Shown: positions 1 to 13,842 of the stretch, one piece after another
How positions within the stretch are numbered: position 1 is the first letter of the stretch
How the letters are laid out: each line of letters opens with the position of its first letter
NCBI RefSeq assembly: GCF_964204865.1
Contig: NC_135264.1
Span: 4,650,001 to 4,714,000 of the forward strand
Origin: Styela clava
Taxonomy: Eukaryota
Length of the DNA stretch: 64,000 bases
Direction: 5' to 3'
The notes under the pieces: generated by a model
Told to the model about the DNA's origin: nothing
Databases searched by the model: none
Seen by the model: the letters and a program-made list of their open reading frames with translations, nothing else
Translations under genes and position numbers: made by a program

Positions 1-1443
1 CTCTGCAGTACCATAAGTCCCATACTCTGTAAACTCTTCAATTACTCTGTGCTTTATGGTGTATTTCCAGACCATCTTAAAGTTGCCAGAGTTGTTCCTG
101 TATATAAATCTGGAAAAAAGGACGAGGTATCCAATTATCGACCCATTTCCATACTGTCATGTCTCTCTATTGTTTTTGAAAAGTTGATGCTGAGTCGCCT
201 TCAAAATTTTCTAAATAAACATTGTATTATTAATAGCGATCAATTTGGCTTTCGAAATCAACATTCAACATCACATGCAATTCTAGATATTATCAGTAAA
301 TATTATGAAATCATAGATAAGGGCTTGGTTGGCTGTAGTATATTTTTGGACTTAAAAAAAGCATTCGACACAGTTGATCACAAAATACTTATTAGCAAAT
401 TGCAACATTATGGAATTCGCGGCACTGTCAGTAAATTGTTTTCTAGTTACCTGCGCAATCGCTATCAATTTGTCTCATTCTCTGCCAATGAATCACCTCA
501 TGAACTTGTTTCTGTCGGCGTGCCCCAGGGCTCAGTTCTTGGCCCGACTCTGTTCCTTGTTTACATTAATGATGTGGTGAACACTACTTCAGCAATTGTC
601 AAACTTTTTGCTGACGACACGAGCACAACGTCAATATCCTCCAGTGTTATTGATTTGACCAGTCAAGTTGAACAAAACCTACTAAATGTCTCCCAGTGGA
701 TGAAATCTAATAAATTAACTATAAATCCTGAGAAAACACAAGTTCTATTAATTAATCATCCTTGTAATATAAATAAACATGCACCTGGTCCTAATTTCAC
801 TCTAAATGGTGTCAGTTTGAAAGTACGCGACTCTATTAAATACCTTGGTATATTCATTGATAATAGGCTTAAATGGGATGACCACATCAACTCCCTTAAA
901 CTAAAACTGTCTAGAGCTGTTGGAGTAATGACAAGACTAAAAAGGTTGATTCCTAAAAAAATCATGCGCACTGTTTATTTCTCTCTCTTTTTTTCTCACT
1001 TACAGTATGGAATAGTGGCATGGGGTTCCGCAAATAAGATTAGACTTAATGCTCTTTCTGTTCTACAAAATAGAGCTCTTCGAGTTATGACTAATACTCC
1101 CTTGCGTCATAGTATGAGCCCCATTTACAAGAGTTTGTATATTCTAAAAATAAACGATGTATTTATTTATGAAGTTGCTAAATTGATGTACCAATTCAGA
1201 CATAATATGTTACCAGAGGCATTTATCTCGTATTTTACCGACTGCAGTTCTGTGCATTCTTATAACACGCGCTCTGCTTCTAAGGGTGCATTTTTTATTA
1301 CTCGAACAAATTCTAAATTTGCTCAAAATTCAATCAGAATCATGGGACCCAAAATTTGGAATGACATTCCTGACATTTTCAAAACATTTTCATATAGAAA
1401 ATTTAAAACTGAGTTCATGAAACACATCATATCCAAATATTAA
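1..1443 (+). mobile_element. Non-LTR retrotransposon (CR1/L2/Crack group) ORF2, reverse transcriptase and C-terminal part; 5' part lies outside the window
   Basis: Frame is open from base 1 to TAA at 1441-1443. RT motifs NYRPISILS, QFGFR, FLDLKKAFDTVDH, GVPQGSVLGP, FADD and KYLG are present, plus a typical HSYNTR...GPKIWN C-terminus. Confidence 0.95.
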
Positions 1444-3840
1444 CTGTAAAGCCAATAAGTACCATTTTAAATTGGATACTGATGTGGATATGTGTATAAA
1501 TTGTTATTTATACCTGGTTCACACACTTTGCAAATACTTGTGCTTTTTTACCTACATTTTCATTTTTTATCAAAATTCTGAAGCCCACATACCTAAACTG
1601 TGAACAATAACTTACCACATATTCTCGTTTATACGACGGTCGTGTATATAAGCCGACTCCATGAAAAACTGTTTTGAAACTGCGATTTTATAAAAATCAC
1701 ATATAAGCCGACCCTACGATTCACAGTTAAGTTCGCCCTCATCGCGGTGTTGTTGTTTTCTCAAGAGAAATATTCAAACGAATTTTAGCGCTTTGCCACG
1801 TGTTGAAATGACGTCGATAAATAAATTGGCACTTTGATTGTTTATCTTCTGTGCGACCCTGTGCCTCAAACTGCTGCGACACATTTGCATGGTTCATGGT
1901 GGACTTTGCCGCCATTCTCTTGCAAGGCTTCTTATTTTATATTTATTTTCCATCACGTCGCAAAATTTGAAATTATGTTGTTATAAGTTGTATCTCTATC
2001 CCATAGAATGTAATAAGCCATTTCATGTATTGTCATGACTGAACAATATTATCGGTAACAACATTTAAAGTGTGCCTTTTAAAGTTTACACCAGGAGAAA
2101 ACGGCAGAAAATGCTAGTTGTATAAATAGAATCGAGTTGTATATCTGTCAGTAGAATGTAATAAGCCATTTCATGTATAGTATATTCACAGTTTTCTTTT
2201 CAACATTTATTTTCTTATTATTGCATGTTTACCAATTATGGTGTTAACATAGTGACTACCTCACATATGACTTTCACTTGTATTATATACATGTGTATGT
2301 TTGCAACCTTGTAATTATACTGCTTTGAATTGTGCCTTAAAATTAGTAGATCAAGCACTCCCATTGTGTACATTCAAATATTTGTTTTATTATGCTTATA
2401 AACTATTCTAACCGGGTTATTTTAATGTATAGGCTAAATCTTTTCATTTTACAATTGATCTTTGTAATTACTTCATTCTAATAATTCTAAGTAATCATAT
2501 GCTATCGTCGCTCTTTATTTAATATGAATCATACTGTTGGAGTATACTAATAACATGTACATTTGTAATATATATTCTTTGGTTGATTCTTATGAAAATG
2601 ATATACAAAATATGTGAAAGGTGCTAATCTTATTGTAGTCTTAAATATAGTACATATTTAGCTACAATGTGATATATCATATCACCCATTTCATATCATC
2701 CAATTGTGGTTCATACTACAATGGCTTGAAACTAGACTGCCCTGGGTCATAATTTTAGTTTATATTATAATGTAGTTGTGTACATTATGTTCTTCTGATT
2801 GTGACATACAATAGTTTGACTATTCCCTCCCTTAGTTTGCCATATATGTATAACTAATAACCCATAATTGCTCATCTTAATTGCAATTTAGATACAAAGG
2901 ATAGGAGGGCCTTGATCTAATATATATCGTATTATACTCTGTATTGAATTTAATGTGATCAATATTCTTTTAATTAATGTGCAATAGTGATATAGACAAA
3001 TTTGCTAATTGTTCAGAATCTCTAATAGTTTAAACCTCGTGTATGCAATAATTACTACAAGGCGAAATATATTTTGGGCTATCGTGATTTAATTTGACCC
3101 AGCCTTGTCAAAATTTATTTAATATCACATATCTATTTCAACTCATAGACATATTTGTCTATTTCTAAATTATTTGTAAAGTGTTGCAATACCAATCTGA
3201 TTGTTTCCCATCCTAATACCTGTTTTGCGTAGTAATGTGTAAATCTCGCAGAAGTTCCATATGCATCCTGCTTTTTTTCTTCACCCTAATGAATTGAAAA
3301 TATAAAATTGTACTACTGTTATGCCTATATTTCATATCTCAATCTATGGTTTTCTTCACACAACACATTATTGTCACTCATAGAACCTTCAATTTCCCTG
3401 TGATCATATCCCTCATATTTTATCATGTGTAAGCACAAAAGATTCAGAACAGATTGAAAGTGTAAATTAATATAATAAATAATAATAAATTTGGTATGGA
3501 ATTCTTATTTTTTGCTCCTCTCTATTTAAAATTTATTTAATAACTTCCTAATCCCGATTAGAAATTTTTCTCATCTCTAATTAGATATCATTTTTTTTTC
3601 CATAGTGTATATAGTTTTTTTTTCCATATGTATATCCTGAGAGTGTAATATTACAGAACCTGTGTTATTAATTTATTTATTCATGTGCTTGCTTTGGGTG
3701 GTAACCGACTCAGATGACTGTTAATGGTCGTATCGTTACCACCCTGTCATCTACCGAAATCTAATTTTTCTCATTTTGCTATCATATATATATTGTATGT
3801 GTTTTCTGGTTTGACGAAACAATAAAAATTCTCTCTCAAT
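1444..3840 (+). mobile_element. Probable long AT-rich 3' UTR of the LINE, ending in a stem-loop and AATAAA
   Basis: Perfect 10-bp stem GGGTGGTAAC (3696-3705) / GTTACCACCC (3735-3744), followed by aataaaaattctctctc at ~3821-3837. Assignment to the LINE is inferred from position. Confidence 0.5.
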
Positions 3841-3975
3841 ATAACTAATCCCATGCCCGACTTGGAATGGTAACCGGACGAGAGGCCGTGGTTCGCCATA
3901 TGGATAAGTCGTCTTATCGGCTTTCCTTTCCCCTGGGATAAATATGTAAATCCTTATCCTTATCCTCATTATCCT
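3841..3975 (+). mobile_element. 5'-truncated SINE copy
   Basis: Closely matches the 3' half of the SINE at 12542-12825 (ataactaatcccat..cttggaatggtaaccggacg..gggataaatatgta) and has a (tatcct)n tail. Confidence 0.8.
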
Positions 3976-5973
3976 AATAAATACATAAATAACCGCACCC
4001 CACTGGGCGACTGGTTCATATTCTGTACTGTAGCTACGTTTTCTGTCTAATAGATATGCATTCCCAATAAGCATATGCTCATAGTTGTATGCTTTCAGCG
4101 TACCATACTTCGAAACCCAAAACCAAATATGTATTGAAGAATTAAAGACCTCAATACGGCCAATTTCGCACCCGACTCGGCTGAAGCAAGGGATTTTGGC
4201 AGCGAGCAATGCGTTTTCTTAATATGCAACGAACCATTTAGCCGGACGACGTAAAAAATGCAGGGAACAATACCAAAATGAGCAAATCTTTGCAAGTTTC
4301 CACTCATTGTATATATGCTCATTGACTACGGTAAGTTTCCAACAAGAACAACAACAGCATAATAACAAAGCGATTCATAGATAGGCTTACCGTACGTCCC
4401 GGTTTAGCCGGGACAGTCTCGTTTTTATCATGTTTTCCCGCCTAAATGTCCCGGTTTTCAAAATTCCGAAAACAAATTGCGAGTTTTGTTCAAAGAGTTG
4501 AACGATTTCAATTATATGAAGATAAGCCCAATATAGGATAGTTTACTAGGATACACAGCATATTTTGATGCCATTAAAGTTAATCTAATGGTATGGAAAA
4601 CGTTTAAACAAGCCTCCGGAATAATATCAAGTGTGGCTTGTCCAATCCTCACCATCCCGGTTGAATGGTTCAGATATATGGTGGCCCGATTCATAGATCC
4701 ATTTCGTGTCCAATAAAAATATATATAGGTTCATACTGTTTTCATCAAAGACGACCCATAAAACCATTTTGTGTCCAATCAATGATTAATGTCATTGGTC
4801 CAATACAGTTCATGCTTCCATGTATTTTATCATACCAGGTGGTCATAACGGGGAATTCCCCGGAAAAAAGAGGAACCTATCGGACTTGCTTCTTCTTCTT
4901 GTGCTTCAGTTTATTGTGGGACAATATTACGGTGAATTTCATACTCTATGACACTCATTTTAGACACTCAATGTTTGTCATTTTAGTTTTAATCAATTTC
5001 TGGCGTAAGATGAAACGTTAGTTGAATGAATTATCAGTAAAGAAAATCAGTACCGTACCGTAGGCGTAGGCCTCACTGAGTTTCTCTGTATCTTGTTTCC
5101 GTTTTTATGCTGATTGTATCAAGTGAACTCAGTATAACCCACGACTCAAAACCACATAATCGTGGAACGTGTGGCTTGTTTGAATGACAAACTTCCCACT
5201 GTCTGTGTCTCATATAATTGAATCCATTCGTTGCTAATATTCTGACATTAGACCGCAGAGGCTGAGAGGAGTGAATAAACAAAATGAGTATTTAATAAAA
5301 GAGTTCTCATAATTTGACTTGCATAGTCTAGTTTTATCAAATGTATTTTCGTTGTTCGTTAATTTATTTATTATTGCAGTATTGAGAGTTATTATGTATT
5401 AAATTTTGTTCAAAATTTGAACATATATTTGAAGAAGGCGTGTGCAATCTGCAGCTCGTGGGCCAAATGCGACCCAAGAAAAAAAATTGGGGGGCCCGCG
5501 TGCAAGTAGTGTCAATTTTGAATAGTGTGCAGACCCTAAAACGGGTTTTTGATTTAGTTTATCTGATATGTGTAAGTAATTACAATCCCTTTGTGCAAGG
5601 CCTATACCTGGGTCCAATTTTTTGTCTATGCGTATAACATTACAATGATCTAACAGCTGGGTTTGTACGAAACGAACAACGCATGTCATAAGATCAATAA
5701 CCAAATATTTTAACTACTAGAAAGCCGATGTTAAATAAAGGTGCGGTCCGCGGTTCACCCAGTTATTCGTGTATGGACCTCTTGTATTAGAGGTTGAACA
5801 CTCCTTTTTAAAGAAATCTGGCAATGCTAATAGCTCAGAAGTCATTACACTAACTGCTTAGTCAGTGTCCATTACCTGTTTTTGTATTTTTCTAGATTTA
5901 TGTAATTCTTCTCCAAATGCAGTCATGATTTTCTTTTTTTGATGAGGCAATTGTGAAAGTTAGTGTCATAAAA

Positions 5974-8900
5974 ATGTCAGCCTTTTACCCAAGCCAACAA
6001 AATAAAGCTATTCTTGTGAAGAATATCCCACCGAAGGTACACAGTGACAAAATAATAATTCATTTTCAAAGAAGAAGTAATGGTGGTTGTGGAGATGTGA
6101 AGTCTGTTACTCATCCAAGATCAAAATATGACTTGAATGAAGCTGTTGTTGAGTTTGAAAATCATGAAAGTAAGTGAATATTTAAAAGTTAATTAATTGT
6201 ATATTTAATTAAATTAAGAATGTTGTTGGGCTTGATCAATAATTTATATAATATATCAAGTTGACTTCCGGAATCATTTCACACCTGTGAATTTTGCTAA
6301 AAGTAATTCTGTTTATATTTTCTATATTTATATTTAGCATTTGTGAAGAAATAGTGCTGTGATTGGTTTTTAGGTATGAAAGCAGTTCTTCAACATCCAG
6401 TACATATGTTGAATGAAAATCGTATTGTTGTGACTGAATTTCCATATCAGGTGATCATATGAAAATATTGACATTGATATCCTAAAAAAATATTGAAATA
6501 TTGCCATAAATATGTTTGATGCTGAGCATAAACTCGTTGTTACTGGATTCTATTTTTGATTACCTTACTGAGTGTGCAATGCTTTATATTGTCAGTTTAT
6601 AACATATCTGCTCAGTTTTCCAACCCATTTTTTTTTTCAACACCATCTGTGGCATTTGTCTGATGTTTTCTTAATTTATGAAGTTTCTTTTGCCATTTAA
6701 GTCATTTGATAATAATTGTCACTTTTTTATATAACTAAAGTTTTACAAAACTTGTGCTGATGCATGATATCAATTCAGGATAAGGCAATCATCATAGTAA
6801 TAAAAAGAAAAAATGTAATTTTACTATTTTCCAGTTACTGGGTGAGACTGAAGTAGAATTATCTGAATCAACAATGTCAAAACTGTCACGTAAAACAGAT
6901 GTATTCCTAATTATAAAAGATAACACTGGAGTCTCATTTGTCGAGAAAAATGGGAAGCATTTCATGACAGGTTGTATTTTGTTATAGGGTTTTTTCTTTG
7001 ATTGATGAGATATATGGAGTGATCATAAATCGTGACCCAATCATTTATTCATGGGGGCTATGTTGTTGAGTGTGGCCCATTTTTTTACACTTCAAATCTG
7101 TCAATACTCATGTTGCAGCAGTAAAACCAATTTAGCTTACCGGTATGTCACATTTTAAGGTCAGATTTTTGTAATTTTCAGATATTTAATTAATGAGTGA
7201 TATCATATGGCATTGCGTGTTTGAGGATGGATGAAACACAAATGTCTTACACCACTCGTTATATGCCAAGCTATCAAATCGTGAAATAGAAAACAGGTCC
7301 ATAATGGTAGAAAATTAAAAACAGTTCATCTCTGAAAAAAAAGTAAATCTACTTTGGCTTTTCTGTGGCTATATGTTCTTCAGTTTGTAATAGTAATTGC
7401 TTAGTAGTAATTGAACAAACTAGCTTATGATAAAAAAAGTAGAAATAAGCTAGTTTGGTTTTAACAGCCAACTTCAATAATGTACATTAGGTACTACCCA
7501 ACATCCAAGCGAAAACAAGTACAGCGGTGACACTGGTCCATACTACAGGTGATCAAAAAGTCCACATCTGAAAGATATTACATAAGCTATTTTGGTTTTA
7601 CTGTTGTGATGCGATTCTACATATGTATTTATAAATATATGGAAACATATAGTAATAGCAAATATTGCTCAGGTCAATTGTATCAAGTTATGGCAGCAGC
7701 AGATAGAATTGAAATGTTGATCGAAGAGAGAAATTCACCAAACATCTCAAGTACCAAATTGCATGATGGTTCAGATGTTACCACTGACAACTCTAGTGAC
7801 AGTGACCAAACTACTGTTGACGTAGATAAGAATGTTTTCTCTTTCATGAAAATTCTCAAGCCGAAGAAAATACAAAATATATCGTGAGTTTGAATATTAT
7901 GCATTTTAATGGATTTCCACCTTTTTAAAATTACCTTATTGTTAGTATGGTGTAAGATTTATATTATTCTATTCTTTTGTTGTTTGTTTTATTGAATATG
8001 ATTCTATGATAAAGAAGTTTTGTTTGTATGTGTATGAATTACGATATTAGGAATTATATAAATATAATTTTTTCAACTAATGGAAAAATTTGATTTTTTG
8101 AAAAGCCATCAGTTATTATTATTAAAGAACTCACACATTTGCTATATCAATTGAGTACAGTGGTACAGTCAACTATTTCAGTGTTATCGAGTATTTTGCA
8201 AATATTCTTATTATGTACTCTGGTGTTTCTATGGAACTTATTGATTGAATTTGTTCCAATGTTTATTGGAAATTAGCTAGAAATGGCAGTTTAACTTATT
8301 TGCAATGAGGTATTATACATGTTTCTGAAATGATAAAATATTTTCATCACAGAAAAAAGTACAAAGTTTGCATCGAAGAATCGGGATCAAAAATTTCATT
8401 TATACCTAACCAATCAAAAAGTCTGACAGGCAACCCAGATATAACTGGTGCGGCTAAAAGTTTTAACAATCTTTATTTTCGGTTTTCATCCGATATTCAA
8501 AGAAAATCTATTGAAACCAAATTTATATCGAATTCTACTCCCAGTAAAATAAATGAAGCTGTTGATTTCATTATGAAGAAAAATCCAAAAGTGTACATAA
8601 GTAAGGCAGTCTCAGAGCAAGACGAGAAGCTCATTATTTTAGCAACTTCAGAATCCGAAGCAGATCAAGAAATTAAAACCTTACTACAAATGTTTCCACT
8701 TACACAAAACGAGGAATTGGCTTGTTATTGGTTTGGAAATGTTAAGATTGTTGTCATTCGTGGGGATTTTCGAAACGAACGTACAGATGCTATATTATCA
8801 GAAGTCGATTTTATGGGTGCTGGGAAAGTCGTTGCGGCATGCAATGATAGTGTGAAAGCTGAAATAAATGACTGGAAACAATCAAAAGATATTCTCTTTA

Positions 8901-11900
8901 CAGTTGGAGGTGGTGATCTTCAGTGTAAAAGGTGGGATTTTCAGTTTAAATTTATCTGGAGCAATATCATGTGTGGTCATATAAATGTTAACTTCATAGC
9001 CACCACACAAAATGTTCAATTTGCGAACTTAAATTTAGCAAAAAACCTACTGGCTGTGCCTGTGAGTCAATTTGGTACTCCCGTAGTATGTGTACCAGGT
9101 TAGGCCATAATTTTATTCTGTTTTTCCTTATTTTAGCTCTATTACGAGTTCGGAGACTGTCTGTGCTAGCCAAGTGAATATACCCTCTGCCCATAGGTTC
9201 AGTCCCTTTACACAACTTGATGTGAAGTAGGCAAAAAAAGAAGTTACCACCATATTGGTACACATACTTCTGGAGCATTGTCAATTTTACTGTATATCTG
9301 TTGCTGTTATTTACATAGTCAAAATTCACTATTTGGACGCAATACAAATATAACTAGTAGTGAACCAGTATTTTTTTTCATTTTAGAGTGATTCACTATA
9401 CCATTCATAGGCCAATTTCTGAGTTGAAATTGGAAGAACAAATTCACAAGGGAATTGAGAAAGCCAATGATATGAAAATGAAAACTATTTCTGTACCAGT
9501 GGATTGTATAGGTGGGTTTACCCTTCTTCGACATAAATTAGACCACATAAAAACAGATGGTTGATGACTCGAATTCATTCATGTTTCATCTTGTTTTGAA
9601 AAAGATTTTTGTGCCTTATTTAGCATTCTGTGATGTAACAAAACATGTTGAATTCGGCTTGTTTAGGTGAAGGTCTCGAAAGTAAAGCTATCATACTAGC
9701 TGTGTTGAATGGGATTTCATCGTTTTTGTCTGAATGCCGAGTGATTAGCAAAAAGGTTTATATATCTGATATTCATTTTGTGGTTGCTAGTCGATCCGAA
9801 CTTCAAGATGTCATTAGTACCATTTCAGCAAGGCTCGGGGAAATGGATACGTCAAGTTCAGGTATGATGTTTCAATCCTTTTTCTATCTCAGTTTTGTTT
9901 TGTTGGGGGTAAAATTTTACTGACATGTTATTTTGACTCAATATAGTATATGAAAGGAAAAACAAGCTCACAGATGTGCCAACTTATATAGATAAGATAT
10001 GATAACTATTTGATATTATTATTTATTGCGATTCATGTGATCAGATTTTCATATTTATCCTGAGGGAATAAGTGGCGATTATATGGCTCTATAATTGCAG
10101 TTCATTTTCGTATATAAATAGCTAACCAGTTATTTTAATTCATGCATAGACAACAACAAAGCGATTCCTCTGACAATAATTTCACCAGGAAGGTGGTGTT
10201 ATGGATAAAGCAAGCGTGTTTTTAATGCTTGGCAATTGGTATGATGCACCAATACTCGAAGACAATGAGACTTTACATTTGCCATGTCCTCAACTGTCAT
10301 CTGCAATATATTCATTTTTTGTATCTTAAATTAACAATTTTCTTCAAAGTCTCATCTGCATCTTCGATGCAAAGTATCAGCGCATCAAGCTCAAGTGATA
10401 CATCATCAGAATGTTGTCCCATATGTCTTGATGAAATGTCTGGTGCTGTAGCATTGAAGACATTAGATTGCAAACATGCCTTCCATCAATCTTGTATAGA
10501 TAAGGCATTCACAGTAAGTTGAATTAGACTAATAGTTTTCGCTGTTTTAGGTTTGAATTATAGCATTTTCCTAAATTGTGGGTCTGATAGCCAGCCTAGT
10601 GTAAGGATGGAGAACCACGACCTGGAGGTAACAAAGTAACACACCATGTTTTTCTTTGACCCGACGACTCGCGATTATGAATGAATGCAACACTAACATT
10701 TCAGTGATAAAAATAGAATCAGCTTTAGTACAATATAACAATAAAAAACTACTGCAGTATACTGGAGTGCATTTTTTGCAATCATTTCTGTCTTGTTCTG
10801 GCATAACGTGATTTGTGGTATATCGACTTTAAAAAGTAGTAGCTTCATATTTAAGTGACTACATGAGCAGACCCTTATTTTTGGTTGGAAGGGAAGACAT
10901 GATAAAACGATGTATAAAAATATTAATATGGACAGGTATCAAAGAAATGTCCGATGTGCATGAGAAATTATGGAAAAGTTGAAGGTACTCAACCCAGGAA
11001 TGCGACCATGCATTCAACGGTCATTAGAAGCTCATTACCTGGGTATAGATGCGATACTATTCAGATCGACTACCGCATTCCATCTGGCATACAGGGGGTG
11101 AGTTTTTTAATCAAGCAGGTAATTAGAATTTTAATTGAGATGCCACCAGTCGTTTGTCCAGGAGTGGTGTGATTGGAAGCGGTTTCGAATTTGATCTTTG
11201 TGCACGAAGTGCACTTAGTAATTTTTTCCCATGTCCGGCATGGAGTATTTTATTATTGAATTACCTGAGTGATGAAAAGGTTTTCATGACAGGCAGAGCA
11301 TCCTAACCCAGGAGCAAGTTATCATGGGACTTCCAGAACAGCTTATCTGCCTGATAACAAAGAAGGGAGGGAGTTGTTTCTTTTGCTCAGAAAAGCTTTT
11401 GATGCCAGACTGACATTTACCATAGGAAGATCGGTTACAACAGGACGTGATAATTGCGTAACTTGGAATGATATTCATCACAAGACGAACATGTATGGTG
11501 GTGCACAGGGGTAGGTATATTGTCACCACAAATTGTAAATTTGTTAATGTGTGGAAAATTATGCTGACTAGCTGTCGATGGCACATTTATTGGCACACTC
11601 ACAACCACATTGTTGATTGGCCAGTTCACTGCACACAAGTTTGAATTCCATGAGGATTTGGGGAATGATTTCCTATTCATTTTCGTATTGAGTGAAGGTG
11701 GTATATCTTGACGTTTGGTACACAAGAGCCGATAATTAGGAAGACTATTTCAACCCCATTAAGGGTCTCCCAACATTGTTTTGTAGGTTTGAGTCCAGTT
11801 GGGGATGATTATTTTATCACTGGACTTCAGGTTCTCATACCACTGGTTGATTATGGATTCCATAATATGGGATCTATTTACGAGACCTAAGCTTTATCAT

Positions 11901-12235
11901 TTAATCGAGCAAACTTATATTCTTTATTTGAAAACGTGGAAATCTTATTATCAGGGTACAGAAGTGCATCTTTGTCTGTGATAAAATGCATATTTGCATA
12001 TTTACTCATTCCTGTGAGAAAAAAGATGACAAGGTGGTTCAATCATCTTGCCAAGCATGCCCAAACTGTGAATTCTACCATCGCTGTAAGACCACTGTAG
12101 CTATTTTTATTAACTTCTGACAACTAACCTTTAAGATCGTCTTGATGGCATTTGTTTTTCAGTTTTGGATATCCAGACCCAACGTATTTGACCAGACTGA
12201 GGCAAGAACTGGCAGATAAAGGAATAACAAAGTGA
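5974..12235 (+). CDS. DTX3L: DTX3L-like Deltex E3 ubiquitin ligase (RRM-like, KH-like, macrodomain-like, RING, DTC), ~711 aa; exons 5974-6169, 6374-6450, 6835-6970, 7673-7883, 8353-8931, 9387-9511, 9667-9861, 10350-10513, 10936-11097, 11293-11510, 12163-12235
   Basis: All 10 introns are GT-AG with matching phases (2136 nt total). N-terminus [18 protein letters not shown] resembles the DTX3L/PARP14/NMI RRM-like motif. RING: [23 protein letters not shown]: [70 protein letters not shown]. The symbol means DTX3L-like, not proven orthology. Confidence 0.88.
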
Positions 12236-12541
12236 TTTGTGTTTTGTACCATAACCATGTGTGTATTTATTGTATTTGTTAAAATGTACCTTATTACTTG
12301 CTTCTGATAAATTAACTCTATCTCTCTCTTTTCGCTAATCATTATAATTAAAATGTTTACATAAACCAGTGCTCTTCAACAGGGGTTCCGCAACACAGTC
12401 AGTGGGGTCAGAGGCGGATTAAGCCCCTCTGGTGCCCTAAGCACTGAAGACTTTTGTGCCCCCTCATGTGTAATCTTATTATAAAAACTACATAAGTGTA
12501 TTATCCATTAAAAATAATCACAACCAACAGTAAACAGTGCC

Positions 12542-12825
12542 GCGGCAGTGTGGCTCAACGGGCAAAGCGTTAGGAATACGCTCGCCACCGCACCTCTAAT
12601 AACTCTGCGTGGGTTCGCAGGTTTGAATCCCATGCAGGGATCGTTCGTCGTTGGGTGGTTCACGGCTTCCTCCATCACCAATTCCATGCTTTCGAAAACA
12701 AACAATATAACTAATCCCATACCCGACTTGGAATGGTAACCGGACGGGAGACCGTGGTTGGCCATATGGATAAGCCGTCTTATCGGCTTTCCTCTCCACC
12801 GGGATAAATATGTATATCCTATCCT
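12542..12825 (+). mobile_element. tRNA-derived SINE, near full length
   Basis: A-box-like TGGCTCAACGG (12551-12561), B-box-like GGTTTGAATCCC (12620-12631) and an ATCCT-repeat tail. Related copies occur elsewhere in the window. Confidence 0.8.
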
Positions 12826-13078
12826 AAATGAAACAACTTTTACGAACATTTTTAGGTTTTTTAACTGTTATATATAGCCGATATTTATTTCGGCCGTTTA
12901 CTGCCGATATGATATATCGGCAAATACGCAATATCGGGACGATATATCAGTTGAGCTCTAATACTGAGGGAGTGTGACAATGAAAATTCATGCCTCCAGT
13001 CTCAACGTGAATCGAAATATCAAAGGATACAAGTCACAACTGTAGTTTTAAATTTTACCGGTACCTAGTAGTCTACCT

Positions 13079-13842
13079 CAGGGTGGCTCGAGGTTGGAAG
13101 ACCGCAAAAACTTTTGACGAGGTCTCGCGGGCCGCAAGTCGGAGAAAACCGAAAAGTGATCGAAATATCGCGAGTTTACTTACTTTAAATTTAATAAACA
13201 ACGAGAGTTTACTGTTCTAATGAGACTATTATTATGTTGCATGGGTGGCGCCCTTTTAAACGCGAGATGAGGAAAATACAATGTTAATTCTCGGGAATTA
13301 CATTTAAGATGACTGAAGGCTTTATGTATTCTCTTTAATGTCGCTTCAAATTATATTCTTTCGTGACATTACTTGAAATCAAACCAGACACTGGGTGATT
13401 GGCGAGGAAATACGTTTCCGCTGTGTTTTCCTAATACCACCTTTCTTGCGACACTCATTTTATTACGAATTGTTATATATATTGAATAATTTAAAAACTT
13501 GCAGCGTGAGCAAGCTTAGTGCCATCGTCAAATTCCAAACAAGTCCGTCTAAGTTGGTATTTCGGGACCTCGCTCAAAAAAAAACTGAATTGCGCGGCGT
13601 TAAGTTGGCTCTGCGTTTCGTCACTACTGTCACATGGCCGACGCTTGAAAACGGAGGAGTGTTTTTACTAAAATAAAGGCACAAAGCGATAGAAAAAGGG
13701 ATTGAATTTCGGGATCGGAAGTTGGAATAGCTAAAAAACTCAAAAACGTTCCTCTATTGAGTGTATTAGATACAAATATACGCTAAAATTGTTCTGTGAG
13801 CCGCACGGAATGTATCAGCATGACAGGGTTTGGACCACCCTG
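13079..13842. mobile_element. hAT-type MITE
   Basis: Termini CAGGGTGG...CCACCCTG with a perfect 8-bp TSD GTCTACCT (13071-13078 and 13843-13850). A related end lies at ~36383. Confidence 0.85.

Noticed and set aside
4400-5300. Head-to-head PARP9-like gene upstream of DTX3L, as in vertebrates
   Set aside because: The minus-strand frames I read have stops and no macro or PARP motifs. The region contains motifs (catttcgtgtccaat) that recur near 14041, suggesting TE origin.
10150-10210. Extra DTX3L-like exon
   Set aside because: I found no phase-compatible donor, and the flanking exons already join in frame.
12542-12640. tRNA gene
   Set aside because: A/B boxes are present, but I see no cloverleaf and the sequence continues into a dispersed SINE body and tail.
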